From Sphaerodactylus townsendi (Eukaryota): a stretch of 64,000 nucleotides of DNA. Position numbers and translations under genes: made by a program. Every line of letters starts with the position of its first letter. Within the stretch, counting starts at the first letter, position 1. The stretch lies in assembly GCF_021028975.2 (NCBI RefSeq), contig NC_059429.1, forward strand, positions 84,692,001 through 84,756,000. The letters are read 5' to 3'. This document shows positions 51,642 through 64,000 of the stretch, in pieces. The notes under the pieces are model-generated. The model was not told the DNA's origin and searched no databases. It was given only the letters and a program-made list of their open reading frames with translations.

Positions 51642-51866
51642 ATGCAGCCTGCAGTCTTGATGAGTGCAATATCTGCCCTGGCTTTTGCACTAGCTCCAGC
51701 AGCTCTGTCTAAGGAAAATGGAAAGGAAAAGAAGCTGAAAACTGACATTCCATCTTACAACATCCTGGATCTTGACAGTGATGACCTCAGCCTGGACAAT
51801 TATGGAGGAATAATTGATCTCAGTAATTATGAGGATATCTACGATTATGGGGACCTGGCATCAAAG
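51642..51866 (+). CDS. OPTC: Opticin, first coding exon
   Basis: AG acceptor at 51629-51630, ATG at 51642. Signal peptide, then the acidic Tyr-rich motif DNYGGIIDLSNYEDIYDYGDL typical of the opticin N-terminus. Donor AAG|GTAC at 51867 (phase 0). Lies downstream of PRELP, as in the known PRELP-OPTC gene order. Confidence 0.93.
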
Positions 51867-52756
51867 GTACTAAACAATCAGAGCCTTGTATATTTGATGG
51901 GCTCAGAAATTCCTAAAGAAATAATCTGCTGTCCTGAAAAGAATTGCCATACACAGTTCCTTGCATTTTTCCTTTCTGTCCCTTGTCTCTATCGCATCCT
52001 CAGTCTCCTTAGTCTTTCATTCTTCCAGTTCTTTATTAAAATTTCCCAATACTTTGAAAACCAGAAGCTTTGGGGAGAACAAGATATGAATACATGCAAG
52101 CTTATATAATTTATTCAGTTCGCAAAATATGAATTATTTTGATGAACAATTGGAAATGTTGGTAGCCTCTGTATGATGTGTAGCCACCAGATCTTCAGAC
52201 TTGCTTACCCCAGGAGGAATGGTAGAGCAGCTTCTGTCAGCCATTCTGTCCTGTTCTTCATCAGTCAGGTTAATTTATTTTAGGGCAATCCTAAGCTACT
52301 TTTCAATTACATATGGTTCCCCAAGATGGTTTCCAAAACAAACCACAGATAATAGAAGTTGATGAAAATCATCACAGTTAAACAGCTTATAACACGTAAG
52401 AAGAGAGAACATATTTCAGCAGATGTACTATAAGAAAGCTCCAGAGCACCACTAGGCAGTCTAACTCAAAGGCCTGGAAAATAAAAGTTTCTAGTCCAAA
52501 GCATTCAAAGAGGATTCCAGCACTCTTGACCCTTAAGGAAAGGAGTTTTATAATCAAGGGATAGCAATTTAGGTCAGTTAGAGTAGGATCCTGAAGGAAG
52601 GCCCCATGTATGGCCCTCAAGCCTTGGTTCAGACAATACAGGTTGAGGCAGTCCTTTAGGAATTTTGGGCACAAGCCATAAAAGTAAAAACCAGGATCTT
52701 TTACTGAGCCCAGAAACAAATAGGTAGTCAGTGCAGATGACACAAACCCAGTCTGA

Positions 52757-53568
52757 TGCAGATTCCACATGGCCCAAAAACAGCAGTGTGAAAACGGTGT
52801 AGAATGGTTTAATGTAGAAATGGTTTAATGTAGAATGGTTTAAAATAGAATGCATGCCATTCCTCCCTCACTCACTCCCCTCCCTTGCATGCCACCCCTC
52901 CCTTCCCTTCCCCTCCCTCCGCTAGGGTGGGTGGGCCATGTCCAGATGCCGGGCCCCCTCCCCTCCCCTCCCTTGCATGCCACCCCTCCCCTCCCTTCCC
53001 CTCCCTCCGCTAAGGAGAACTCCGATCCAGTTTGTTATCCCAAGTTATAGACTCTATGATTGATTATACTGAATCAGATAAAGTAGTCATGCTTTTAAAT
53101 TTTTAATAAACACAGGTTAAGGGCAGTATAAAATATGGGTTGGGGGGGAGGGGAACTTTGCATATTGCACTGAAGTCTTATTTGGTCATTGACCATAAAT
53201 AAAGACTTCACGTCACTGAAGTCCTTCTCCTCCACAAACCCCACCGTCCTCAGGCTGACGCCATTTTACTGAATTACTGCTGTGTTTTAAATATTTAACT
53301 TTTAAACTTACATTTTAATTTAATGGGGTTTTGTTTATATACTGTATGTGGAATCCATGTTGTGCACTGCCCAGAGCCCTTTGGGGATTGNNNNNNNNNN
53401 NNNNNNNNNNNNNNNNNNNNNNNNNNNNNNNNNNNNNNNNNNNNNNNNNNNNNNNNNNNNNNNNNNNNNNNNNNNNNNNNNNNNNNNNNNNNNNNNNNNN
53501 NNNNNNNNNNNNNNNNNNNNNNNNNCACCGTTTTCATGCCGCTGTTTTTGACCCGGGCGGAATTTGCC
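52757..53568. mobile_element. PIF/Harbinger-type non-autonomous element spanning an N-gap
   Basis: About 42-bp imperfect TIRs (gcagattcc...aaaacggtg and caccgtttt...ggaatttgcc), TSD TGA. Internal 15-bp tandem (tgtagaatggtttaa)x3, a duplicated C-rich block, and an L2-type tail. Confidence 0.65.
53391..53525. other. Assembly gap
   Basis: Run of N. Confidence 1.
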
Positions 53569-55505
53569 TGATAGGGTCACCCTTAAAACTCTCCTAGCTG
53601 TTGCATTGTGGATTTCCAGAAGTTTCTGAGCCATCTTGAAGGTGTTACAGCAACCAAATTTGTGATCAGATACCCTTTCTCAGTTAATGGCCACAACTGG
53701 CAAACAACGCCCAGCTGACAGATCTCTCAGAAAATTTGGACACTTATTTATCCAAGGATAATAAAGAATTCAGTATGAGTATGGGACTGTTGCAGTAATT
53801 GTTTTGGCATGCATATAAAAATCATTCATCAGGACCAACAAGCTGGATGTGTCAAGCATCAAAGGCAAGATCAGTTCAGACAACTCAGGTAAGGAGACCA
53901 TTATGCAGCAGATGGAAGTTTCCCCTTCCCCAGCACTTGCATTTTAGCCAATAATGGGTCTGCTCCTGTAGCTTCTTCTTATGCTGTTCTTGTATATTAG
54001 CAGCCATAAGGAGACTGAATTTCCCTCTAATTTCTCTGTGTTACAGTTCAGAGACTGCTGTGGATTATTTTGACCCTCTCAGAACTGGTTTAGTTTCAGT
54101 CTTCAGGACTGCAATCCTAAGCATGTATATCCTTTGGAATAAACATGTTTGAGATCAGGCTGAATAAGCCAGCCCAAATTTCATTTTGTAAGCTTGCCTG
54201 GAGTAGAGCAGCAACCATCTTACAATTTCTTTCTAAACAGATCCAACTCAAATTGTGAGTGCAACGCTGGGGGAGAAGGGACTGAAGCCTTCTTCCCTGC
54301 ATTATTTTCACAACTTGGAATGTTTCTGGGGAGCCACTCTTTATCCCATTGGGAAAACCTACATCTACCTCAACAGTACATGTGGAGTCCCTGCTGCAAT
54401 AAATAGCAGTTCCCCAGGCTCTTTCATGTCAGGAAAATGGTACAAGGAAAAAGGCTAAGTCCCTTTGATTGCACTCTTGGAAACTGAGTTCCCAGAGGGA
54501 AATTTGCAATCCGTGTCTGATAGAAACTCCTTGTGGCAAATCCAGATATAATGTATGTGACATGTACTTGAGCCCTTAGACTTCATGACCTTCTTGCTCC
54601 TGTATGAATGTATGAATGTGACAGGAAGTGAATCTCTAGGTGAGGTGACTGGTGACTTCTGAGCAATCTCACCTTGCTAAAATATTAGAGATTCCCCACC
54701 TTCATAAGAGCTGATTCACACAACATTTTGTATGAACAGGAGATAGGAGTAGTTGTGACATTGTTGTCTTCAGGTGCACACATGCATGCACCTAGATAAA
54801 TTTATTGTGAGAATCCATCATTAGTAGAGTAAGTGGTGGATTTCCCACAATTATGGTAGTATTCTTTTTTGGCTGCTGTATTCAGAAGAATTTTTAGCAG
54901 TTCTATCTGTGATCAAATGTCAGGCATGTTATGTTATTCACCAAATAATATTTAAGGTTGCTTGTATGTAGAAGAAAACATTCTGTATTAACCACCTGTC
55001 AGTAATTAAAACTGGAATTTGGTTTTATTCCTCATTGCTAGCCTATCGCCTGTTTGAATGTGTTGATTTCCAACCACTGGAGTATTTCTGCAGACAGGAT
55101 TTCTATCAGTAGAGAATAATTTTCTCATCTGCCACCATTCTTCTGTAGCCCAAAATGCCCCCCGCCCCCGAAATAAGCTGCAAGAGAATGGAAGTGATCT
55201 AGACATGCTCTGCTGGCAGAAATCCTTCTGTCTATAGAAGTGCTGTGATGGATCTAAGCTTCTAAAACAAGTTTTCTTGCATTTTTACCCACGTGTTTTC
55301 ACTGAGATGTGATGACTTCACACACTATTTTGAGGCCGCTTTTGTGCAGAAAAGGGGGACATACACAGTTTAAGTAAATATTGACCTGAAAATGTCTGAT
55401 TTAGCAAAAGCTATGGATGGCTCGGTTCATATGCCTGTAAAACAGAAACACTGGTGTTGACTCTGAGCCTTATGATTAGTACAACCATGTATGTTTTATT
55501 TGTAG

Positions 55506-55656
55506 ATTGAAGTTGATACCTTAGCTCCTCTGTCCAAGCATTTCCCACAATCCCTGAGCACAACTGTGCCAGTTGAAGCTCCACAAAGCAAGCCACCAAG
55601 CTCCACAGCTGCCAGGGCTAAGGGACCAGGTCTCTTTGGGTCCATATCAAATCAGG
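55506..55656 (+). CDS. OPTC: Opticin, second coding exon (Ser/Thr/Pro-rich region); missed by the ORF track
   Basis: Acceptor ttttatttgtAG at 55504-55505. Open frame IEVDTLAPLSKHFPQSLSTTVPVEAPQSKPPSSTAARAKGPGLFGSISNQG; donor G|GTGAGT at 55657. Phases 0 and 1 fit both neighbouring exons. Confidence 0.88.
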
Positions 55657-57828
55657 GTGAGTGAGCAAACCTTTTCCTTTCTACATTAAAATACTCAAAA
55701 GTATAAGGAAGGCATGGAACTGGGGGACCCACTCTTTACAGAAACAGGTAAAAAAATTGCCCAGTTATATCTCAGTGGCCCCTTCTTAGGGAATGTTGCC
55801 TAAACTGGGACAAAAGAGATCCCATGTCCATTTTTTAATTCCACCATTTTGCTTCATTTGTTTTTTTAAACATATATTCAGAGTCACATTGATAGACAAC
55901 CCCTCACAATACCATTCTCATCATCCCCTTGGTTCCCTAAGGTTACTGCACAGTTACATTAAATCAGCAATTCAAAAAATGTCTTTGCTTCCATTTCTGC
56001 TATTGGAAACTACCCACACAAAATGGAAGCAAAAAATAAAAACCCTACTGGAATAGGTGCCATTACCTGAAGGAACAGTAGCCCACCCCTCCCAAAAACA
56101 TTTTTGGCCAAATTAGAGGTGTAGCAATGCACAATTCTTTCTGCAGCTCCCTTGACAATTTTCTCCTGCAAAAGCAACTTCCTGTGTCAATTTCACTTGC
56201 TCCCACCTTTGGACACAGTGTATCTTAGCTTTACAATTGCATGGCTAATTCAAAACACAAAGCTGATACAACTGACCTGGTTATGTTTGTGTCCTAACAT
56301 TATATCACTAATGTGATATGACAAAGAAAGAAAAAAAATTGGATCCTTTTGAAAAGAGAGCATGAGGGGCAGGAAAATGGCTGAAGTGGGTGACTACATG
56401 GGGGTATGGATAAGGGCCAAGTGTTTGATGGGGAAGAAAACAAAGACCATTTCAATATGATTGTGTGTTCAAGGGATGTTGGCTTCAAAGCAGATTTAAA
56501 AATTGCAGTGAAAGTACTCAGGGAAACAGTGGAGGAAAAATTAAGAGGAGATTTTCTAGAACCAAACAGAAGAAAAAACATGCAAGCTTTGAAAAGAATG
56601 CCCCACCATACACCTGGCCCTTATTACCATCTCCTTGTAGTCGACCAACCTCCCCTTCAGCTTCTACCCCTCCTCCTCTATTTTTAATTTTAATGTTTTT
56701 TTTATCTTTGTCCTATTGAACTATCAATGTGGCATTCAGGCAGAGATACAAAGAAGCAGGGTGGATTGGATCAGCTTTAATGCTTTCATATCAAAATAGT
56801 GATGTAATGTTAAGGCAGAGAGTGATTTTGAAAACTAGAGGGCCTGCACAAAAGAAAAAAGGGGGAAGCTTGTTCTTCTGCATCAAGGATGACATCAGGA
56901 ATAATACATTTTCAGCAGTCGCATGTGGAATAAATGCACCTGAAGAAATAAGGGGGGAAAAACAACCGCGGGGGAGGGGGGGAGGAGGTGTGTGGAATGA
57001 TTTCACAGAAAACGTTCCCAAGAGACAGGTTTGACCACTGGGAAAATCTGTGATAAGCTAAGAATGCAGAAAAAGCCTGAAAGAATGTGCTCTTTTTCTG
57101 CAAAGATGACAGGGCTTCTTCTTTCAAATGTTAAAGGAGTCTGAGAAAAGAACTGCTTAGAAATAAACAAAATCAGCAACAACGCAACACTTTAATGAGC
57201 AGAGATGTAGGGGTAATCGGACAGAAGTAGCAATTAGATTAGTGACAATTAAAATCCTGTAGCGAAGGATAAATATCTTTATTCATTTTCTGTCACTCTG
57301 AACTGGGACAAATTAAGTAGTAGGCTTAGGGAAATTGTTGCCTTTCTGCTTTGAACTTCTCCACTAATGGATCTGGGGTCTGATTAGTTCTCTGAATAGG
57401 CTTTTATTTTATTTTTTTAAAAATCCAAGCAGTTTTAATTGGTGCTTGGAATCTTGTCATGTTGCTGCAGTCGATTTGACTCTGCAACAGGCTGTTATCT
57501 CCAAACATAGTAGCAATGGGTTCTGAGTGCAGAAATAACTGTTTCCTTTGGGTTTTATGTCTTTAGATATGAGAGGCCAACAAAATTCCTGGGGTAACAC
57601 CATCTATTTAGAAGGCATTGCTCCTTCTGGATTGCATTTGGCAAGGAATGATTCATTTTTAAGCAGCCTCTTTGGATTGTTGCTACCTTGTCAACCCTGT
57701 CTTAATTAGAGTTGACTCATTAGTTTCTTTTCATTTGGTCCCCCCCCCCCCCAAATTTAGCACTTGATTATGAAGTGGACCAAGGTGATTCTGTACATTT
57801 TTATACATCCATTTTCATATCATCTTAG

Positions 57829-58940
57829 AGGAGAAGAGAAGAGTTTGGATTTATATCACCCCTTTCTCTTCTGCAAGGAGACTCAAAGGAGCTTACAATC
57901 TCATAAGAACATAAGAACATAAGAACAAGCCAGCTGGATCAGACCAAAGTCCATCTAGTCCAGCTCTCTGCTACTCGCAGTGGCCCACCAGGTGCCATTG
58001 GGAGCTCACAAGCAGGATGTGAAAGCAATGGCCTTCTGCGGCTGTTGCTCCCGATCACCTGGTCTGTTAAGGCATTTGCAATCTCAGATCAAGGAGGATC
58101 AAGATTGGTAGCCATAGATCGACTTCTCCTCCATAAATCTGTCCAAGCCCCTTTTAAAGCTATCCAGGTTAGTGGCCATCACCACCTCCTGTGGCAGCAT
58201 ATTCCAAACACCAATCACATGTTGCGTGAAGAAGTGTTTCCTTTTATTAGTTCTAATTCTTCCCCCCAGCATTTTCAATGTATGCCCCCTGGTTCTAGTA
58301 TTGTGAGAAAGAGAAAAAATTTCTCTCTGTCAACATTTTCTCACCCATGCATAATTTTGTAGACTTCAATCATATCCCCCCTCAGCCGCCTCCTCTCCAA
58401 ACTAAAGAGTCCCAAACGCTGCAGCCTCTCCTCATAGGGAAGGTGCTCCAGTCCCTCAATCATCCTCGTTGCCCTTCTCTGCACTTTTTCTATTTCTTCG
58501 ATATCCTTTTTGAGATGCGGCGACCAGAACTGGACACAGTACTCCAAGTGCGGTCGCACCACTGCTTGATATAAGGGCATGACAATCTTTGTAGTTTTAT
58601 TATCAATTCCTTTTCTAATGATCCCCAGCATAGAATTTGCCTTTTTCACAGCTGCCATGCATTGAGTTGACATTCCCATGGAACTATCAACTAACACGCC
58701 CAAATCCCAGTCACATCTCCTTTCCCTCCCTCCCCTCAAACAAACACCCTGAGAGGTAGGTGGGGCTGAGAGAGCTCTGAAGAACTGTGACTAGCCCAAG
58801 GTCACTCAGCTGGGATGTGTTGGAATGTGCAAGCTAATCTGGTTCCCCAGATAAGCCACCACAGCTCAAGTGGCAGAGCAGGGAATCAAACTCGGTTCTC
58901 CAGATTAGAGTGCACCTGCTCTTAATCACTGCACCATGCT
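57829..58940 (-). mobile_element. Squam3-like SINE split by the CR1 insertion
   Basis: Tail at 57829-57902 and remainder at 58715-58940 rejoin as gcttacaATCTCctttccc. Confidence 0.75.
57903..58708 (-). mobile_element. Young 5'-truncated CR1 LINE
   Basis: DLGVLVD..KKANSMLGII..VRPHLEYCVQFWSP..LGLFSLERRRLRGDMIEVYKIM; 8-bp terminal repeat (ATAAGAAC)x3; ATCTC duplicated at 57898-57902 and 58715-58719. Confidence 0.92.
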
Positions 58941-59190
58941 GGATGAATCTCCAATCATTTCTGATTGTGGTTTTATACTGTGACAAAGTTATAAGTCCCA
59001 TCCCCCACTTTCATTTTTTCAAAAAAAGATGTGGATTAAAGTCAGGGGTAGGGGAGAGGTACATTGAACACCATGGCATTATATGGCCTGTGGGAGAATT
59101 CACATCCTGTGTTCATAAAATCCAGTTCCTTATCTCATCAAATAAAAGAGATGCAGTACATCTATCCAGGCATGAGGTCAGCCTGTCTCA

Positions 59191-60218
59191 GGCTGATTCC
59201 CCACAGGGAAATTCTATCTCAGGGGTAGGGAACCTTTAACACTCAAAGAGCCATTTGGACCCGTTTTCCACGGGAAAAGAAAACACTTGGAGCCGCAAAT
59301 AATTTTTGACATTTAAAATAAAGATAACACTATATATATTGGGGTTTTTTTACCTTTTACTCCGCTCATTCTGAGAAGCACATGGATGTGTCTGCCCTGC
59401 TGCCTGCAGGGCGGGCAAGGATGGGGCCGGCGGCTCGGCACATGGAGCCACGGTGCAAGGGCAGAAGATTGCATATGCTGACTCTTGGAGCCAAAGACAG
59501 GTTCCCTACCACTTTGTTCTGTATCTTGGTAGGATCAAAACCAAGTTTGTAAAGAAACCGCACCTTTTCATCAGGGTTTCAACCTCCCCACTGCAGCATG
59601 GATTCAGCGAAGACATGTAGGCCTATCTTGGATCCCAGAAATGTAGCGATCCCCACTACCACGTGATCTCCTTTGCGGGTCTCTCCTGATTGGCTGGCAT
59701 GCCATGTTGGAGCAGGACCTTTTTGAGGCGGGAAATTTTTCCCTGCTACTTGCTAACCTGAGGTTTGCTTGTTTACAAGGATGAACGTTGAAGAGTTTAG
59801 GCGCTAAGCAGATTTTTGCTCGTTTGGAAGGGTGAACGGTTAATCACTTAAGCATTTTTTCGTTATGCTAACATCTCTCATTGAGACCAACAGTGAAATT
59901 GAAACCCAGAAGAGGCTGTGTGCGCATCGCTGTGTGCCCGCTGAGAGCTGATTGGTTGGTAGACTTGCGTCAAGCTCCATGGCAGGAATTTTAAACATAG
60001 ATTGGATCCCTATTCCCCCCACAAAACTGGATCAAAAGCATGCTAAGAGAAAAAGTTGTACTTGCAAGCAGGTTCTGCCGGGCCTTGGGAGAAGGAGGAT
60101 AACAAGCGCCAGAAATGGGATGAATCCCTGTTCGTCGCTCAAGCAGTGGGGAATTCTTGCTGAAACCTTGATATTTCGCATGAGTATCACGCAACTAATT
60201 GACCGTGGGGAATCAACC
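59191..60218. mobile_element. PIF/Harbinger-type non-autonomous element, about 1 kb
   Basis: TIRs GGCTGATTCCCCACAG and CCGTGGGGAATCAACC; 3-bp TSD TCA (59188-59190 and 59219-type flank at 60219-60221). Confidence 0.75.
59220..59516. mobile_element. hAT MITE nested in the Harbinger element
   Basis: Left TIR CAGGGGTAGGGAACC, identical to the 24766 element; right end GGTTCCCTACCAC; TSD imperfect. Confidence 0.7.
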
Positions 60219-60465
60219 TCAGTCTGACATAGTATACCTCTACACCGAGTAACCTCTGTGGCCATCTGAATAGCAGATCTGATGGATGAATAGCTTGAAA
60301 TCTTAATGCCCAGTGAGCACTGGCAACAGGCAAATGGCCATTACTAGAAATGAAATGTTGACCCAGGTAAACTTTGACTTGATCCAGAAACTTAATGCTT
60401 TTTGGCAGGTGAGGGGAAGTAAGTTCTTTTGATAAATAAAAAAGATGATACTGTTAAATGATAAT

Positions 60466-61015
60466 TGTCATGCCCCCACAGAGGCTTTTGTTATTTTCCC
60501 ATTAAGCTTCAGTTTCCCCATAGTTAGCATGGGTTTAGTTCATTGATAAGTCTTCTAAGGGAGGGAATTTTCGTTAGCCCCTGTCCCTTTAAGACATTTC
60601 CCAATAGGCAGCTTCCCTCTTTACCCAGCAATCCCCTGTTTTAGCTCTTGCCAGTCAGTCAGAGCAAGGTGCCAAGGGTAGCTAGAGACTGGAATATTCG
60701 TGACGCATATGGTGGTACATAGAGAACGTTAAGGTTAACAGCAATTAGAACCAGACAAGGACTGAAAGAACCAAAAGGAAGCAAGACACAGTGGACTTTC
60801 TTGAAAGCAGCCTAGAGAAGACACAGTCTACAACTTCAAATCTGCTCAAGACAAGCAAGCAGTCTGATTTAGATAGACCCAAGGGAGGAGTTAGGATCTT
60901 GATTCTCACACACAATAAACCTGTTATTGAACTGTTGAGCCTGACTTGTGTCTCCCCCACTCTGTCCTAGCCAAGTACAGGGCACCAAAATCAGATTCAC
61001 TTGGGGGGCAAAACA
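60466..61015 (+). mobile_element. Possible solo LTR
   Basis: Imperfect inverted ends TGTCATGCCC...GGGCAAAACA, AATAAA at about 60914; no matching TSD. Confidence 0.45.
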
Positions 61016-62882
61016 AAGTCAGATTTACATGAAGTGGGAATTTATGTGACAGTACATAGTACCTGAACTATACTGATATTTGTATACTTATACTTGCAAG
61101 AAGGAGACTGTACGGATTCATGGGGGAAGAGGTATCCCACTCACCCACCCCTGCCAGGAGACTTGGGCAGGGAAACTGCAGGGACCCATTGCAAGTGGAA
61201 TCATCATTGCCTGCCATAGTAGTAACAGGAGAATTATGCAAGCCAGTCCCTGTGTGGAAACCTCAGGTACAGACATCACTATAACTATGGGGAAGGTGTT
61301 ACCCTCTTGTTTTTTAAACTTTTTGTATTTTTCCAGAAGCTTGTACCCTAATTCTGTGTGGCCGCACTGTATGGATTATGATTATTATTTTACTATTAAA
61401 TATATAGATGATGTCCATGAGATAACTTATGTTGAGTGTGTGTAACTGGCTCCAGGTCACCCAGAGAGTTTCCATGGCAGAGTGAAGATTCAAACCCGGG
61501 TCTCCCAGATCCTAGTTTGACATTCAAACCACTATACTACGTTGTCTCCCTGATGACATCAATATATATTCATGAGCAGCCAGAGACATGTTGAACCTTT
61601 CACAAGACATTTTCAGGACCAAGAATCGCTGAAATGCTACATTTGTTAGAATTAAACACAAGTAATAAATTTAAAATAAAGAAGTATTAGCTCTAATCTA
61701 AAATCACATTCACTTTATTAACTCATATGATTCTTTTGCATAGGGCTATTCCTTAAGGGCAACTGCAAAGAGCTAAACCTAACATCTTCCTCTGTGTCTT
61801 CCTGATTATTTATAACACGGATATCCTGTGTTCCCAGCAAACTAGATCCCAAGGCACTTTTCACAATAAACCATGTAAGAATCAATAAGCAATTAAATTT
61901 ACCCCACAAGAAAACATTAAAATAATAGCAGCAGCAAGTTTAGAAGCTAGTAGTAGGAATAATCATTGCTGAAATGCCAGTGCAAAGGGTCATTGGCAGG
62001 GGAGGAGGGTGTTTTGGTAGGAATGGGGAAATGGAAACTTTCTTAGATCAAGTGTTTTCTGGAAGGTACTCTGGTAACCAAATTCCACCATTCAGGATCT
62101 CCTGAGAATGTCTAGACTGACCCGCTGAGAAGGTAGTGTTCCTGTACTGTACTAGAACAATGACAAAATCACTTATAACCAACTTGGTAGCAGCTGTGCA
62201 GTCAAGAACATATGAAAGAGATTAAGAGAAATATCCCAGAAAAATAGATTATACTAAATGAAGCCCTCAAAATGTCTTTATAGAAAGGTTTACTGTGAAA
62301 GAAAGAGCAAAGGGAAGTTGAATTCAAAAAGGGGTGGAAAAAGGCAAAACAAAATACAGGGGAAAATACACAGCAGCAACAGCACAGAGATATTCAAATA
62401 AAAAACCCCCACACAGTTGAACTAACTAAACTAAACATTTTACCTACACTGTAGCAAGAAGCTAAAGGAGTCTTCAATCCCTACCCAATTTCCTGTTGAC
62501 CCAGTTTCCACTGAAAACTGAAGACAAGTAAAAAACCCAAATGTTCAGATATTTATGCCTTATGGATTTTGATCTACACCATCCTCCTTTCTAAGAAAAA
62601 CAAGCAGATTTCTCTAATACCATGCAAATCTCCATCTCTGATATCACAGGCTACTTCTACCAGTCAGAGCCATATACAGTGCAGTCCAAACTCCATCAAG
62701 CACCAGGATATGGCTCTGATCTTTCATGACAAATAGATGGTCTGGTCCAAATCCGATCATCCTTTGTCCAAAGGGATTAGTTCTGCTAGGATGGTCCAAT
62801 ATGGAATGGAAGTGAATGGGTCATAGTGGAATCTCCAGAAGTCCACGATCCCAGATACTCTAGGTGGCACTCTTGAGCCTTA

Positions 62883-63352
62883 CAGCCCAATCCAGCTGGG
62901 AGAGCTGAATGCTCACAGGGAGTGTTGGAAGGCTGAGCTAACATGTTTTCCCGCTCCTCTGGCACAAGGTGTACCCCTTCTGGCAGAGGGGGTAGAGATG
63001 CCTGGCCACTCCTCAGTTCTGCGGTGGTGAAACCCAGAAGGCAACGCTGCCACACAGCAATTTGTTTGTTTGGATGTCAGCACAGAGTGTGTGTGTGTGT
63101 TGTGTGTGTGTACAGATTGAAGTGTAGTGGAGCTGATTTTAGTCACCTTCCACCTGGGGTTTAGGGTCATGAACATTGTGGCCCAGGGCTTGAAGTTACG
63201 CCACCCTCATTGAGCCCTATTGAGGGCTTCCAGTCAGTGCACCTTTTTTTTCTTCCAACTGCCTCCCTGCGCCACCTGGAGCCTTCTGGGGGAGGTGCAG
63301 TGGTGTAACAACAGTGCTATCCCCAGCTGCCCCTGGGAATTGGATTGGGGGG
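62883..63352. mobile_element. PIF/Harbinger-type MITE
   Basis: Ends CAGCCCAATCCA...TGGATTGGGGGG; TSD TTA (62880-62882 and 63353-63355). Confidence 0.55.
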
Positions 63353-63848
63353 TTAGTAACTTTTAGAGTTTCTGTCACAGAGGGCATATCCACTTACCAG
63401 AAAGGTCTAAGCTTTAAAGAAGATCTGTACCTGGCAGCAAGGCTTAAGAAGCTTAATGTCTGGTGAATGGCTGTGAGGTAGGAATTCCAAACCTGAGAGT
63501 TACAAAGAAAAAAACCTCTCTTTAGTGGTCACTCATTACTTTACAAGGTGGGGGCCAGAAATGGAGCAGGGTCTTTGTCGATGACCTGAAAAGACAGGAA
63601 AGTTCATAAGAGAGCAGATGGTTTTTCAAGGATCCTGAACCCAACTGTTTAGGGTTTTACCATAACATTTACTAATTTGAACCCAGACAACAATCAGCTG
63701 TATTTCTTTTAAGATGGCAAGTTCTGTTCTCTACATCTTCTGCTAATCAACACTCTTGCTGCGAGCTGCAGTATCATTTTATACCAGTTGAAGCTTCTAA
63801 AGTGTCTTCAAAGTGCATTGCAGTAATCTGGCACTTTCTCATCTCTAG

Positions 63849-64000
63849 GTCTTCCCACCTGCTTGGTCTGTGTGTGTATCAGAACCTCTGTGTACTGTGA
63901 TGACACCGATCTAGAAGACGTCCCTCCTCTGCCCTTAGAGACTGTGTACTTCTATGCACGCTTCAATCGCATTAATCGGATTCTAGCCAGTGACTTCACT
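63849..64000 (+). CDS. OPTC: Opticin, third coding exon (runs off the window); missed by the ORF track
   Basis: Acceptor ctttctcatctctAG at 63847-63848. Encodes (G)LPTCLVCVCIRTSVYCDDTDLEDVPPLPLETVYFYARFNRINRILASDFT, with the class III SLRP cluster CX2CXCX6C. Confidence 0.95.

Noticed and set aside
51567-52109. 180-aa ORF as a single-exon gene
   Set aside because: Only 51642-51866 resembles opticin and is bounded by splice sites; the flanks are intron read-through.
1-64000. CRISPR arrays, rRNA or true tRNA genes, prokaryote-like operons, or a novel protein-coding system
   Set aside because: None seen. The tRNA-like sequences are SINE heads, and the ORFs with recognisable domains are all explained by PRELP, OPTC or transposon relics.

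Overview
Vertebrate genomic DNA with three N-gaps, almost certainly a squamate and probably a gecko, judging by the SINE and MITE content. It holds part of the small leucine-rich proteoglycan (SLRP) cluster on the + strand. The complete PRELP coding sequence lies in two exons (18846-19776 and 26119-26294, 368 aa). The first three coding exons of OPTC/opticin follow (51642-51866, 55506-55656, and 63849 to the window end). Most of the remainder is a layered record of transposons: L2, CR1, R4/Dong, RTE and Penelope retroelements, Gypsy and solo-LTR relics, tRNA-derived SINEs, and hAT and PIF/Harbinger MITEs, often nested with readable target-site duplications (TSDs). I found no new protein-coding system. 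Five structures stand out: (1) two exactly contiguous halves of what looks like one CR1 LINE, 12.3 kb apart, bracketing the whole PRELP CDS; (2) a head-to-tail array of microsatellite-targeting R4/Dong copies; (3) a perfect 61-bp copy of nearby unique DNA inserted into one of those copies; (4) a Penelope hammerhead-ribozyme relic; (5) a solo LTR whose removal restores an L2 endonuclease reading frame. Family names come from motif recognition, not database searches.
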